From positions 1 to 46,019 of IMG/VR virus record IMGVR_UViG_3300030330_005866: a DNA stretch of 46,019 nt; one strand, written 5' to 3'. The position numbers and the translations under genes were made by a program. The notes under the pieces were generated by a model. The model was not told where the DNA came from. It made no database searches and saw only the letters and a program-made list of their open reading frames with translations. Positions 1 to 10,443 of the stretch are shown piece by piece; positions within the stretch are counted from its first letter, which is position 1, and each line of letters opens with the position of its first letter. The DNA is from a virus. Lineage: Duplodnaviria > Caudoviricetes.

Positions 1-577
1 AGCCACCATACAGGCGATTAAACTCTGGATATGGGGTAATGAAGCCAGAGTCTTTGTCTGGATTGTTTCCACGCTCTTCAATGAGTTCTTCCATCGTTTC
101 ATAAATCGCGATGGGTTCTTCGTCTAAAGAATAAGAACTAATTTGAGAATTATACAATGAATCACAATTAGAAATAATATCATCAATTGCATCATTTCCT
201 GACGCTTCGATGTATTTGATTACATTTTGTGTTGTTTCTTGTAGCTCTCTGCGGATTCTGTATTTTAAAAGCTCTTTCGCTGAGTCGATGACCGCTTTTT
301 GTTTTATTTGTGAAAAAGCTAGATTATCTACATAACTGTAAATATCTATTTCGTCTTTGAAAGAGACACCGAGGTTTCTGATTTTTTCCGCGATTAAAAC
401 TTTGTCTACTCTGTCACCAGCGTCGATTGTGCTTTTGATTACCGAGTAAATTGTTCTGTGGACATCGTTGAAAAAATCTTTTTCGCTTACGAATTTTTCA
501 ATATCTGCATAAATATCAGGATATTTGATTAATCCGCTTAATACTTGTTTTTCGATTCTTAGAGAAAATATTTGCAT
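1..577 (-). CDS. dnaB: Replicative DNA helicase, DnaB-like (N-terminal part, truncated by window edge)
   Basis: Manual translation from ATG at 577: MQIFSLRIEKQVLSGLIKYPD...DFFNDVHRTIYSVI...SGFITPYPEFNRLYGG. This matches the DnaB N-terminal domain and the GxxTxxxxxDxxxGG segment before the RecA-fold. Confidence 0.85.
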   Translation of the reverse strand, partial: MQIFSLRIEKQVLSGLIKYPDIYADIEKFVSEKDFFNDVHRTIYSVIKSTIDAGDRVDKVLIAEKIRNLGVSFKDEIDIYSYVDNLAFSQIKQKAVIDSAKELLKYRIRRELQETTQNVIKYIEASGNDAIDDIISNCDSLYNSQISSYSLDEEPIAIYETMEELIEERGNNPDKDSGFITPYPEFNRLYGG

Positions 578-588
578 TTCGTTTCCTT

Positions 589-617
589 AATATAACACGT
601 TTTTTAAAAAAGGTCAA
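589..617 (-). promoter_or_regulatory. sigma70-type promoter for the helicase gene
   Basis: TTGACC-17 nt-TATATT with the AAAAAcgTG spacer shared by other promoters here. Confidence 0.7.
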
Positions 618-638
618 GCCTTGAATTTGTTTTTTTTT

Positions 639-737
639 TGCCCCCTTGGATCAAGGCGGAGGCAACCTTGCTGAGTTTCTAGCACCGCACCTTTCAGCTT
701 GGCACTCAGAGACCAGCATGAGGCAAGTACGAGCCTC
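639..737 (-). repeat. Structured repeat element copy A (core + 3' pseudoknot; variable hexamer GTGCTA)
   Basis: Reverse complement GAGGCTCGTACTTGCCTCATGCTGGTCTCTGAGTGCCAAGCTGAAAGGTGCG-GTGCTA-GAAACTCAGCAAGGTTGCCTCCGCCTTGATCCAAGGGGGCA. Confidence 0.95.
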
Positions 738-745
738 AAAATTTA

Positions 746-841
746 GCCCCTTGGTTCAAGGCGGGGCGGCCTTGCTAAGTTTCAGTAGACGCACCTTTTA
801 GCTTGGCACTCAGAGACCAGCGTAAGGTAGATGCGGACCTT
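746..841 (-). repeat. Structured repeat element copy B (hexamer TCTACT)
   Basis: Same consensus; first stem covaries to AAGGT/ACCTT; tandem with copy A. Confidence 0.95.
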
Positions 842-849
842 AAAGTTGA

Positions 850-1266
850 TTATAACACTACATCAAACTTTTTCAAAAAGAAATCTTTTGAAAGTTGATT
901 TATTTCGTCTTCGTTTATTTCTATTAGATTAAAGTCATTCATTTCAAGCCATTCTGCTTTTTTTAAGTCTCGTTTAATTGACTCTAAATATTTCAAGCGA
1001 GAACCACTATGAAAAAACTTATTAAATTCATTATGCTGTCGGCCTTGTACTTCTATTGCTATTTTTCTTGTAGCATTTAATATATCAACCGACATCTTTG
1101 TTCCGTAAACGGGAAACTCTTCGTAAACAATTTGAGAATTCCAAAAAGGTTCTAAGAACTTCTTTACCGCGAACTGAACTTTAGAACGAGACTTTTTATT
1201 CCAATCAATAACGTATTTTGAGACGTTTTTCTTTTGTTCTCTGCCGTTAATATTGAAAAGCCTCAT
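850..1266 (-). CDS. PD-(D/E)xK / Vsr-like endonuclease
   Basis: VYEEFPV...VDIL...IAIEVQGRQH...KRDLKK motif pattern. Confidence 0.7.
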   Translation of the reverse strand: MRLFNINGREQKKNVSKYVIDWNKKSRSKVQFAVKKFLEPFWNSQIVYEEFPVYGTKMSVDILNATRKIAIEVQGRQHNEFNKFFHSGSRLKYLESIKRDLKKAEWLEMNDFNLIEINEDEINQLSKDFFLKKFDVVL

Positions 1267-2357
1267 GACTTCCTTAAAGTACTAAGAAATTTATTAAATA
1301 AATATTTTCCAATTTTTGAATTTTCTTCCAAATACTTTTTAAGGTTGTCGGCTCCTTGATGCTGCTTCTTCATTTCTTCTCCGGTTTCTTTTTGAACCTC
1401 TTCTATGATTTCGTCAGATACGGCAACCCAAGCTCCAGCTTTCTTTGCCATATCCCACGTAAGAAGCATATCAACGACTTCGTACTCAACCCAAATACTT
1501 TTACCGCCAGTTCTACCGTAGCAAATCGGGTATCTCACCAGCGATCCAGTTTTTTCGTTCGGCGTCTTTTTAAATACAACTTTGCACCAGTGGCCGATGG
1601 GTGTTTTGCCATCGGTGTTGAACATTGTATCCCCTTTGTATCTTTCTTGGAATTCAAGAATCCAATCACTGTAGTGCAGTAGTGCATTGCCTCCAGAGGC
1701 GTTTGTGACACGCGCATCCGTTTTCTCGTATGGATTGATCGAGACTTTGCTTCTGACTTGAGAAATCATATAACAAATATGCCCTCTGGTGGTCATACCA
1801 AGTGCCATTTTTCTCAAAAAGTCAGAACTTAACAATGCTCCACCAGCAACTTTGTTGGCTTCTTCTGGTGGTTTTTCCAAGTCTGCCTTGGGTACGAGTG
1901 AGTCCATTGAGTCGATAATGAACATGTATTTCACTTTGGTTGGATTATTGCTAACCAACTCACGCATTAAATTGATAACTGATTCGTACACGTTGCTTTT
2001 GTAAACGAACCATTTTTTCGGATCAGTAGAAACGCCCGCTCTTTCAATCATATCCGACGAAAGCCTCCCTTCGGATTTGATATAGACAACCATTGCGTTA
2101 TCCATTTTTTGGAAGTTTCTTGCGAAGGCTAACGAGCAGCTTGTTTTGCCACCTTCGGTAATACCTGACGCACGGATAACTCCCGGCCCGATACCGCCAC
2201 CCATTTCAATATCCAGAAGCAAAGAGCCGCTTGATACTACGTAAGTGCGCTCCTCTTCAAAATTATAATGATCACCTTTGTTGCTTTCTAAATATGCGTT
2301 GATCTGATCCACGGGATTTACCCCGTCCGAATTTGTTGTACTTTTTTTTCTAGGCAT
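1263..2357 (-). CDS. RecA/UvsX-like recombinase
   Basis: VSSGSLLLDIEMGGG, Walker A GITEGGKTS, Walker B FIIDS, SQVR, SGGNALLHY. Confidence 0.9.
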   Translation of the reverse strand: MPRKKSTTNSDGVNPVDQINAYLESNKGDHYNFEEERTYVVSSGSLLLDIEMGGGIGPGVIRASGITEGGKTSCSLAFARNFQKMDNAMVVYIKSEGRLSSDMIERAGVSTDPKKWFVYKSNVYESVINLMRELVSNNPTKVKYMFIIDSMDSLVPKADLEKPPEEANKVAGGALLSSDFLRKMALGMTTRGHICYMISQVRSKVSINPYEKTDARVTNASGGNALLHYSDWILEFQERYKGDTMFNTDGKTPIGHWCKVVFKKTPNEKTGSLVRYPICYGRTGGKSIWVEYEVVDMLLTWDMAKKAGAWVAVSDEIIEEVQKETGEEMKKQHQGADNLKKYLEENSKIGKYLFNKFLSTLRKS

Positions 2358-2706
2358 CTCGTAAAAAATCTAATAATGTTTTCTTCTTTTCTATTTTCTT
2401 GTCATCTCCGAACTTTTCGTTCTCCAAATCGTAAACCACGGGTTTTGGTAGGTTGGTTTTTAATCTCAACACTTCTGTGTTGATCCAGTCTATTCCGTCT
2501 TGAGAAAGAATCCAAGCGAGACTGTTCAATTTGAAAGGCAAATAACATTCCTTCCAGAATTTTTCATCCTCGACCAAAGCATAAATTTTCTTGGCAATAG
2601 CTACTTCTCTAGCTATGAAGCCACGATTCTTGTAAATCGCAGAAGGCTCCTTTATGAATTTGTTTATGAGCCTCTGATACTTATTTGGTTTTCTTTTCTT
2701 CCTCAT
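2350..2706 (-). CDS. Hypothetical protein
   Basis: ORF tiling between gmd and the recA-like gene; start (MRKKRKP) uncertain. Confidence 0.65.
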   Translation of the reverse strand: MRKKRKPNKYQRLINKFIKEPSAIYKNRGFIAREVAIAKKIYALVEDEKFWKECYLPFKLNSLAWILSQDGIDWINTEVLRLKTNLPKPVVYDLENEKFGDDKKIEKKKTLLDFLRDA

Positions 2707-3742
2707 CAAAATTGGCGATATCATAGTCTACCATCTTTTTGACGAGATTGCAAAAAGAAATTTTAGGTCTCCACCCAATTTCTTGTTGCGCGGGAATAGA
2801 ATTACCCAACAGTAATTCGACTTCTGCTGGGCGATAAAATTCAGGGTTTACTTTTACTACTGTTGTTTTTTTAGCTTTATTTAAAACTCTAAAAGTCTCA
2901 TTTAAACCAGAGCCGCGCCATTCTCCGACATAACCAGCGGCCTCGAAGGCTCGCTCAACGAACTCTCTGATTGAATGGGTTTCCCCGCTGGAAAGAATGT
3001 AATCTTTTGGCTGGCTTTGGTTAAGCATTAGCCACACGCCACGAATAAAGTCTTCGCTGTCACTCCAATCGCGTTTTGCGTCTAAATTGCCAAGCTCAAT
3101 CGGTGTGACTTTTTTATCTTTTTTAAGTTGATGAGCGATCTTTGCAACACCCTTGCTAATTTTTCTGGTTACAAACTCTTCGCCGCGCTTGGTTCCTTCG
3201 TGGTTAAAAAGTATGCCGTGTACCGCGTACATATCATAGGATTCACGGTAGACTTTGACGAGATGCCTTGCGGAAGCCTTAGAGGCTCCATACGGGCTTC
3301 TTGGCTTAATTGGGTGTCTGATGTCCTGTGGCGAGTAGTCAACGTCACCAAACTCTTCAGAACTACCTGCGCTGTAAAAACGGCACTTTGGATTAAATTT
3401 TTTGATTGCCTCCAAACACCTTAGAACACCAACACTATTGACATCAAAAACCTGCTCTGGCATATCCCAAGAACAACCAACAAAACTATTAGCAGCAAAA
3501 TTAATAAAATAATCTGGTCTTATTTCTCTTACTAATTTATCTATACTGACATCATCGGTTAAATCGCCGTAAACAAATTTAAAATTAGGATGATTTTTAA
3601 AATTCTTTGCGTTCTCGAAGTTCGGGTTAGCGGAACGCCGCATCATCCCGAAAACTTTGTAGTTTGGTATCTCTAGTAGCATTTCGCACATATTTGCGCC
3701 GTCTTGACCTAAAACACCAGTAACTAGAATTTTGCGAGCCAT
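2681..3742 (-). CDS. gmd: GDP-mannose 4,6-dehydratase
   Basis: LVTGVLGQDG, SSEEFG, PRSPYGASK, GILFNHE, FVTRKI, GNLDAKRDW, YRPAEVELLLG. Confidence 0.95.
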   Translation of the reverse strand: MARKILVTGVLGQDGANMCEMLLEIPNYKVFGMMRRSANPNFENAKNFKNHPNFKFVYGDLTDDVSIDKLVREIRPDYFINFAANSFVGCSWDMPEQVFDVNSVGVLRCLEAIKKFNPKCRFYSAGSSEEFGDVDYSPQDIRHPIKPRSPYGASKASARHLVKVYRESYDMYAVHGILFNHEGTKRGEEFVTRKISKGVAKIAHQLKKDKKVTPIELGNLDAKRDWSDSEDFIRGVWLMLNQSQPKDYILSSGETHSIREFVERAFEAAGYVGEWRGSGLNETFRVLNKAKKTTVVKVNPEFYRPAEVELLLGNSIPAQQEIGWRPKISFCNLVKKMVDYDIANFDEEEKKTK

Positions 3743-3789
3743 GTTACTCATACACAAATATAATAGCCTAAAATCGAAACAACTTCAAC

Positions 3790-3816
3790 AAAAAAACGGC
3801 CCCCGAAGGGGCCGTT
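3790..3816 (-). terminator. Intrinsic terminator
   Basis: AACGGCCCC-TTCG-GGGGCCGTT followed by a T-run on the minus strand. Confidence 0.85.
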
Positions 3817-3856
3817 AGGGTACTCTGCACGAGTATGTGGGGATGTGTCGGGTGTT

Positions 3857-4120
3857 TTATTGTTTCGAGGCTAAATCGTCAATTTTTTCGTAAAGTTTCG
3901 CGAATTGCGAGTCAATTCTTTCCGTGATTCTATGAAGGTCACTTTTATTGACGTATTTTTCGGGCAGAGACAGGGCGTGTTCGTGGAGTTTATCGGACAG
4001 TTTATTATGGTCTTCCCTTAGTTTCGCTATTTGGCCGAACAACAATTTAACCAACCAGCCACCAAAGAAAGCAACCAAACCAAAAGCTATGTTTATTAAC
4101 AGTTGAGTTGTGTTGTCCAT
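3857..4120 (-). CDS. Small membrane protein with coiled coil (holin-like)
   Basis: One N-terminal TM segment followed by a heptad-rich tail; own terminator and GTGTAA motif. Confidence 0.55.
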   Translation of the reverse strand: MDNTTQLLINIAFGLVAFFGGWLVKLLFGQIAKLREDHNKLSDKLHEHALSLPEKYVNKSDLHRITERIDSQFAKLYEKIDDLASKQ

Positions 4121-4209
4121 GACGCTTATATTTACACTTATAACAAACGAACATAAAAAATTTTTTAAATTAATATATATATTTTATGTGTTGGTGTATT
4201 TTTTTTAAT

Positions 4210-4629
4210 TTATAAGTAAAATTTAGGATAGTCTGTACATATACCATGACACTTTTCTGGCGGTTTGTCTTTCCCTTTTTGTACTATTACTGATTTATTG
4301 GACGTTATTTTTTCTGGGTAAGTCCAGATATACCCTTTGGATGTTAAAGTGAAATCGTCCTCTTGATGCCAAAAGCAATGTATTTGGTCAGATAACATTG
4401 ACTCCAAAGCGTTTAGATTCTTGGCGTGACACCACAGGCGATCATTTTTAAGAAAATCAATGCTGACTTCATACAGCGGATTATCATGACCTAGCCAGTA
4501 GGCTCCGTCTTTGCGCCAAACATCTACCTCGCAATCGAGACCCATCTCAAGAACTTTTACGATTCCGACTGGATGGTTTTCTGAGTCGCTGGAGCCGTTT
4601 ATGTTTCCTCTATGGGAAATTACTTTCAT
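4210..4629 (-). CDS. Glycerophosphodiester phosphodiesterase-like protein
   Basis: ISHRGN, EN, CEVDVW, LGHD, HAKN, GICTDYP. Confidence 0.8.
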   Translation of the reverse strand: MKVISHRGNINGSSDSENHPVGIVKVLEMGLDCEVDVWRKDGAYWLGHDNPLYEVSIDFLKNDRLWCHAKNLNALESMLSDQIHCFWHQEDDFTLTSKGYIWTYPEKITSNKSVIVQKGKDKPPEKCHGICTDYPKFYL

Positions 4630-5986
4630 TTTTTAAAAAAATATCCAAATCCTCTGGCGTTCCTAATCCCCACATTTTTTCAATCGGGAATACTTTTACT
4701 TTTTTACCATCCTGAATCGCTTCGTTAAAGACGGGGCAAACATAAAATTCGTTATTAACTCTTACATCTTTTGAAATCATTTGCTCCGCATACTTTACGT
4801 AGTCAGACCCTTTGTTCCAATAGTACACCCCGACAGTGGCTATATCGGAAATCGGTTTTTTTTCGGCTACCTCGCTTACAAACCCATCTTCGTTTAACTT
4901 GGCGAAAGACCATTTCGGATGAGTAGAATTAAATGTTAGAATACCCGCGTCTATATTATCTGCGGTCATAGAGTACATAAACTCATTAGAGTCCCATTCT
5001 ACAAATTGATCCGAATTAGCCATGACTAAAGGCTCGTTGTTATTTATCAACTCTTTGGCTAGTAGGGTTGTACAAGCTGCTCCTTCGGTCATACCGTCCA
5101 CTTGAACAATTTCACAGTTGTTTTCTGTAATTAAATTTAGAAGATACTTTAAATTATATTTTTCGTAGTGCTCTTTTTGCACAATAAAAATATGTTTAGC
5201 ATCGATATTTAAATTCTCTACGACAACTTGAATCATCGGCTTTCCGTTTACCTCAATAAGAGGCTTAGGGAAAGTGTAGCCAGCTTTCTCAAACCGACTA
5301 CCTGCCCCAGCCATTGGTATTAGTACATTCATATTTCCTCCTTGCCATTTAGGTTTGACTTTATTTTCTGAAGCAACGTTGAGATGATTTTGAATTTTTT
5401 CCAAGCTTAAATCTTGGCAATCTCTAACAGCGCATAAATTAGCACCGCTTTCTAAAACCGCTTGCCTTCCATGATGAGAGTCCTCTACAATTAAAGTTTC
5501 TTTTGGAGAAACCCCCGCCATTAACATACACTTCATGTATATCTCAGGGTGAGGTTTGCATTTTATTACATCTTGATTAGATAGAAAAAAATCTAGATGC
5601 TCCATGAAACCTTTTCTAATTAATTGTAGTTTAGCAGTTTCCCTAATTGAATTGGTGCAGCAAGCGGTTAGGTATCCTTTTTCTTTTAAATATTTTAAAA
5701 TATTTTTAATTTTTTCATCAGGTGTAAATTTATCTATAATAGATAAAGTCTTTTCTTGTTTTAACTTCCAAATTATATCTTTGTGATGCTCTTTTAGCCC
5801 TTTTTTATCTTGAAGAATATCTAATTTTTTAGAAGTAGACAGCCCGTCAAAAGTAGACAAATGCTCTTGTCTTGAAATAAAGTATTTATCATCTACAGAG
5901 GATAAGGCTTGATTTAAAGCTTCATAATGCAATTCTCTGGCGTCTACCAGCACTCCATCTAAATCAAATATAATTAACTTCACCAT
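4610..5986 (-). CDS. HAD phosphatase fused to sugar nucleotidyltransferase
   Basis: N-term FDLDGVL...KPHPEIY...VEDS; C-term IPMAGAGSRF...PKPLI...EKKPIS...GLGTPEDL. Confidence 0.9.
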   Translation of the reverse strand: MVKLIIFDLDGVLVDARELHYEALNQALSSVDDKYFISRQEHLSTFDGLSTSKKLDILQDKKGLKEHHKDIIWKLKQEKTLSIIDKFTPDEKIKNILKYLKEKGYLTACCTNSIRETAKLQLIRKGFMEHLDFFLSNQDVIKCKPHPEIYMKCMLMAGVSPKETLIVEDSHHGRQAVLESGANLCAVRDCQDLSLEKIQNHLNVASENKVKPKWQGGNMNVLIPMAGAGSRFEKAGYTFPKPLIEVNGKPMIQVVVENLNIDAKHIFIVQKEHYEKYNLKYLLNLITENNCEIVQVDGMTEGAACTTLLAKELINNNEPLVMANSDQFVEWDSNEFMYSMTADNIDAGILTFNSTHPKWSFAKLNEDGFVSEVAEKKPISDIATVGVYYWNKGSDYVKYAEQMISKDVRVNNEFYVCPVFNEAIQDGKKVKVFPIEKMWGLGTPEDLDIFLKNESNFP

Positions 5987-6834
5987 TAGCTACTTCTACG
6001 TAATGTTGTTATGTAGCTGTCTTTGCACTGAAAATATTTGTATCTTAAAATGCAATGATCTTTCATTGGATTCGTTATTAATCTTAGATTTTGTATTAAT
6101 CCACTTTGTTTTATGTGATACAGTAGTAGTTGATGATTTGAAACTAATGGAGCGCAAGGTACGTTTCCGGGCATTTGGTAATTATTTAAGTTGTCAAAGA
6201 GAGTTTTGAATATCCCGATTGTTTGGTCGCTACCGAGCATCCACAAATCCATCAAGCCTTCATTATTATAAGGGTATCCACGGCCATAAAGTTGTAATTT
6301 GCTCTCATCAATTTGATCTTCTTGATCGTAAAATAATCCTCTACCGTCTTCAAAGATGTCGGTTACGTTTTCATACTTTGCTCCGATCCAGTTCGATACA
6401 TAAAGCTCATTTTTGTTTAGTTGTGTAAAGTCTATTGGATTCTCAAAACCCACATCAAACCTTGAAACTAAATTAAAATCGTAAGTTTCTCCACTTGAAG
6501 CCTTTAAGTCTAACACCTTTTGTGTTGAACGCCATCGGCTGTAGCACCCCTGTCTACGTCTTGGCTGCTCTGCTGAATCTCCAGCTACATAATCCGGTAT
6601 ATCAAAGACCTCTTGGGCTTCTATAATAGAAGCGCGAGGTTTATAAAGTTCTAATATATTCTGCTCTTGATCTTTAGACCAAGAATGAATGTAAATATCA
6701 ACGTCGTGATGATCGAAAAGAGACTTTTTATACTTTTCGTAGCCTAATTTTAATATATCTAATGAAGCAGGAGCATAATCTGCCTTGCCGCTGGCTCCAC
6801 CCACAACTCCGTAAAGACACAGTGATATTTTCAT
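5986..6834 (-). CDS. Hypothetical protein, probable glycan-modifying enzyme
   Basis: MKISLCLYG, DIYIHSW, YDFNLVSRFD pattern; located in a glycan gene cluster. Confidence 0.6.
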   Translation of the reverse strand: MKISLCLYGVVGGASGKADYAPASLDILKLGYEKYKKSLFDHHDVDIYIHSWSKDQEQNILELYKPRASIIEAQEVFDIPDYVAGDSAEQPRRRQGCYSRWRSTQKVLDLKASSGETYDFNLVSRFDVGFENPIDFTQLNKNELYVSNWIGAKYENVTDIFEDGRGLFYDQEDQIDESKLQLYGRGYPYNNEGLMDLWMLGSDQTIGIFKTLFDNLNNYQMPGNVPCAPLVSNHQLLLYHIKQSGLIQNLRLITNPMKDHCILRYKYFQCKDSYITTLRRSS

Positions 6835-6877
6835 GAAAGTACAAAAATATTATACTCTAATTTAATGAAAATCTCTA

Positions 6878-7888
6878 TTAAAAATCATCCTCTAATACGC
6901 CAGAGTTTTGGTAGTCTTTGACTTTTCTCTCAAAAAAGTTGGTCATTGCTCCCGTGTCAACTACCTCAGAAAGCCAAGGGAATGGGTTGTTATCGCTATC
7001 AAAGCGGTAATCAATCCCAATTCCCTCAAGCCTCCTGTTGCCGATATACTGCATGTAATCGACAAACATCTCGGCGTTTAAGCCAAGGATGCCACGAGGC
7101 AGGACATCGTGAGCGTATTGAATCTCAAGCTCTACAGCTTTTTTGATATGCTCAACCGTTTCTTCCTCGAATTTTTTTGTCCACACCGATGGATACTGTT
7201 CTTTGATCGTATTTATTAGATACGTTCCAAACTGGATATGTAAGCTCTCATCTCGGAGAGTATATCTAATTTGGTCAGAAAGTCCCGGTAGCTTATTTTG
7301 TCTACCTAACGCCAACAACATAGCGAATCCGCTGAAGAAAAACGTGCCCTCGCAAACTATGTAATATGTAATAAGGTTACGTAGGAACTCTCGTTTACCT
7401 TCTATAGTTTTGGTGGTAAAATCACTACGATTAACATCTGTGGTGATCTGCATCAAGAAATCGTCTTTAGCTTTGATTGAAGGGACGTTGAGATACGCTT
7501 CATAAACGTCATCAACCTTTAGATTAAAGCTGTCACAGCACGTTACAACTGTCCAGTTGTGCAGAGACTCTTCGTAAGCTTGTCTCAAGATGTATTGCCT
7601 ACATTCAGCATCGGTAACGTATCTGGCTACCGTCAGTAGCAAGTTGTTAGCAACCAATGATTCGCTTCCAGCAAAAAATCCAAGACACCTTTTAACTAAT
7701 AGTTTTTCATCTTTGGTGAGTTCGTCGCTTTTCCATTGCGTAACATCATTGTTCATATTGATCTCGGCTGGACTCCAATTATTGGCAACCGATTTCAAAA
7801 AATTATCCCATACGTTTTTGTGTTTATGTGGCAGAATTTGATTAACTCCAGCCACCTCTTCTCCTAGTAACATTCCATTTTTACTCAT
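6878..7888 (-). CDS. nrdB: Ribonucleotide reductase class Ia beta subunit
   Basis: QAYEESLH, EGTFFFSGF, RDESLH, NFFE motifs. Confidence 0.95.
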   Translation of the reverse strand: MSKNGMLLGEEVAGVNQILPHKHKNVWDNFLKSVANNWSPAEINMNNDVTQWKSDELTKDEKLLVKRCLGFFAGSESLVANNLLLTVARYVTDAECRQYILRQAYEESLHNWTVVTCCDSFNLKVDDVYEAYLNVPSIKAKDDFLMQITTDVNRSDFTTKTIEGKREFLRNLITYYIVCEGTFFFSGFAMLLALGRQNKLPGLSDQIRYTLRDESLHIQFGTYLINTIKEQYPSVWTKKFEEETVEHIKKAVELEIQYAHDVLPRGILGLNAEMFVDYMQYIGNRRLEGIGIDYRFDSDNNPFPWLSEVVDTGAMTNFFERKVKDYQNSGVLEDDF

Positions 7889-7899
7889 TTTTTTTCTTT

Positions 7900-10329
7900 C
7901 TATTGACAGCTTTCACAGGTTGGGTCGAGAATAGAGCAAGCTTTCGGCTCTGATTTGGTCTCAACCGTGGTAGATTTTTCGATTTTACTAGCAGAACGAT
8001 TTCTTAGGTAATAAGTAGACTTCAATCCTTGATCGCGGGCGAACATATACAAATCGTTCAAGTATTTCAAGCTAGTATTTTTATTAAATAAATTTAAAGA
8101 TTGACCCATATCAATCCATTTTTGTTTAGCCGCAGCGGCTTCAATCAGTTTAAATTGATCTCTGTCAAAAGCCGTACAAAATCTGGTTTTAAGGTCTTTG
8201 TTGATCAATTCGTCTGACAATTGCGACAGATCACCGTCAACAGCTTTGATAGCTTCTACCAAAGCAGAACTCCAGATACCCAATTCTTTGCACTCTTTAA
8301 CAAACCATTCATTAACGATTGTTAAGTTGCCGCTTTTATTTTCATAAACAAACAAAGTTGAAAAATCTGGCTCAATACAAGGAGAGCAACCTTGAATGTA
8401 AGATATGGTCGCGGTTGGAGCAATTGCCATAGTATTACTATTACGCATTCCATTTTCTTTAATATTATTCCTCAAGGTTTTCCAGTCAAGCTCTGGGCAA
8501 AATTTCTTGCCACGGTGAACCATAGGCTTTTGGCCAAGGTAGTCCATCAGGTTTTTGTAAGTATCTATTGGAAGGATATCTTTACTCCACAAGGAACCTT
8601 CGTAGGTAGAGTAGGTTCCCCTTTCTTTTGCTAACGCATTGGAGTTTGAGATACAATGATAAGAGATAAATTCATAAAGCTCATCAGAAAACTTTACGGC
8701 ATCATCACTGGAAAAATCTACCTTGTAAGCATGAAAAACGTCAGCCCAACCCATGCTACCAGCACCAACTGGGCGGTGTTTAAGGTTTGAGTTTTCTGCT
8801 TCTTTAGTTGGGTAGAAGTTCAAGTCGATAACGTTATCAAGCATTCTCATTTGAATCTTGATTGTATCAGCCAGCAGTTCGAAGTCTAACGTGTTATCAT
8901 CTTTGATATGCTCTTTCAGGTTTACAGAACTCAGGTTGCATACCGCAGTCTCACCAACTTCAGTCTTTATTCCCGTATCGTACTTAGAGTGCTTTGTGTG
9001 GAGAAAAATCTCAGTGCAAAGATTTGAGCTATGCACAACGCCTTCATGAATGTTTGAGTATCTCATGTTTGCGTTGTCTTTAAATGTCATCCACGGATGC
9101 CCTGTCTCAAACAAGACTCTGAGCATCTTCTTCCACAGGTCTTTGGCTTTCATGACTTTGTGGTTTTCGATCTCTCCTTCGTCCGCTAACTTGCAATACT
9201 TTTTGTACCTTTTATCGAACTCTTGGCCGTATAGGTCATGCAAATCTCTAGTGTCGGATGGAGAGAATAAGTACCAATCTTCATCGTTTTGGACTTTTTT
9301 AATGAAGAGGTCAGGCAACCAGTTCGCTGTATTCATATCATGACAGCGACGGCGCTCATCTCCAGTATTCTTTTTTAAGTCTAGAAAATCTTCGATATCC
9401 AAGTGCCACGGCTCAATATAAGCACAACCTGCTCCGGGCCGTTTCCCGCCTTGATCTACAGCGATTAGAGTATCGTTGTAAATCTTGAGCCAAGGAATAA
9501 GACCTGAAGACTTACCATTTGTGCCTTTAACGTAAGAGTTACTTGATCTGAAGTTTGTGACATCAAAGCCAAGACCACCAGCAAACTTAGATTTACGAGC
9601 TTCTTGCCAAAGCCCCTCAAAGATTCCATCAATAGAATCATCAAATGTGTTTAGATAACAAGAGCTTAATTGACTTCTATTAGTCCCGCTATTGAAAAGA
9701 GTGGGCGTAGAACAACATAATCTAAATGTAGATAAAATATTATAAAATTCAATTGCTGCCGATTCTTTATCTTCCTCGTTGAGAGCTAGTCCCATAGCCA
9801 CTCTCATCCAGAAAGATTGAGGAGCCTCCATGCGTCTGCCATCAATGTGAAGTAAATATCTATCGTAGACCGTTTGAAGGCCGAGGTACTTAAACTTGAG
9901 GTCTCTGTCTGGCTGAATTGCTGTGGCAAGCTTTTTTAAGTCAAAGCTCAACATCTTCTCGCTGAGAAGCTCAGATTTTACCAGCTTCTTGATATTCTTA
10001 ACAAAGCTTAGTCTATACTGCTCTTCAAAAATATCGTGATCTCGCGACTCACCAAAGACCTCTTTGTGGACACTGGCTAAAAGAAAACGTGCGGCAGCGT
10101 AAGTATAGTTAGGCTCCTTCTCGATCTTTTGTCGAGCACTCATGATTAGAGCCTTGTCGATTTCGTTGGTTGTGATTTTATCGTAAAGCTGAACGTGTGC
10201 GTCTAGTACGATTTCACTGGCAGATACATCTTCTAAATTCTCACAAGCTCTTTCGGCACATAAATTAATTTTATTGATGTTTAGTTTTTCTAGGCGTCCG
10301 TTGCGTTTTTTAACATTAATTGAACTCAT
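7900..10329 (-). CDS. nrdA: Ribonucleotide reductase class Ia alpha subunit with ATP cone
   Basis: VKKRNG ATP cone, TPTLFNSG, LSSCY, SNLCTEI, APTAT, KSTYYLR, C-terminal CESCQ. Confidence 0.97.
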   Translation of the reverse strand: MSSINVKKRNGRLEKLNINKINLCAERACENLEDVSASEIVLDAHVQLYDKITTNEIDKALIMSARQKIEKEPNYTYAAARFLLASVHKEVFGESRDHDIFEEQYRLSFVKNIKKLVKSELLSEKMLSFDLKKLATAIQPDRDLKFKYLGLQTVYDRYLLHIDGRRMEAPQSFWMRVAMGLALNEEDKESAAIEFYNILSTFRLCCSTPTLFNSGTNRSQLSSCYLNTFDDSIDGIFEGLWQEARKSKFAGGLGFDVTNFRSSNSYVKGTNGKSSGLIPWLKIYNDTLIAVDQGGKRPGAGCAYIEPWHLDIEDFLDLKKNTGDERRRCHDMNTANWLPDLFIKKVQNDEDWYLFSPSDTRDLHDLYGQEFDKRYKKYCKLADEGEIENHKVMKAKDLWKKMLRVLFETGHPWMTFKDNANMRYSNIHEGVVHSSNLCTEIFLHTKHSKYDTGIKTEVGETAVCNLSSVNLKEHIKDDNTLDFELLADTIKIQMRMLDNVIDLNFYPTKEAENSNLKHRPVGAGSMGWADVFHAYKVDFSSDDAVKFSDELYEFISYHCISNSNALAKERGTYSTYEGSLWSKDILPIDTYKNLMDYLGQKPMVHRGKKFCPELDWKTLRNNIKENGMRNSNTMAIAPTATISYIQGCSPCIEPDFSTLFVYENKSGNLTIVNEWFVKECKELGIWSSALVEAIKAVDGDLSQLSDELINKDLKTRFCTAFDRDQFKLIEAAAAKQKWIDMGQSLNLFNKNTSLKYLNDLYMFARDQGLKSTYYLRNRSASKIEKSTTVETKSEPKACSILDPTCESCQ

Positions 10330-10443
10330 TTTTTTAAAAATCCTATCTGCTTTACAGGCGAAGTGTATTTCTACTTTACATCATTTTTGGAGATGAGTAA
10401 AGAAAAAAAGGTTGTTGTGAATATTTTTTGTTAACGGCGGAAG

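Noticed and set aside
680-685. Hexamer GTGCTA of copy A matches the extended -10 of three promoters (23505, 30802, 38612)
   Set aside because: A 6-mer match is expected by chance and the other hexamers show no consistent promoter match. Worth revisiting only if the protein proves to be a regulator.
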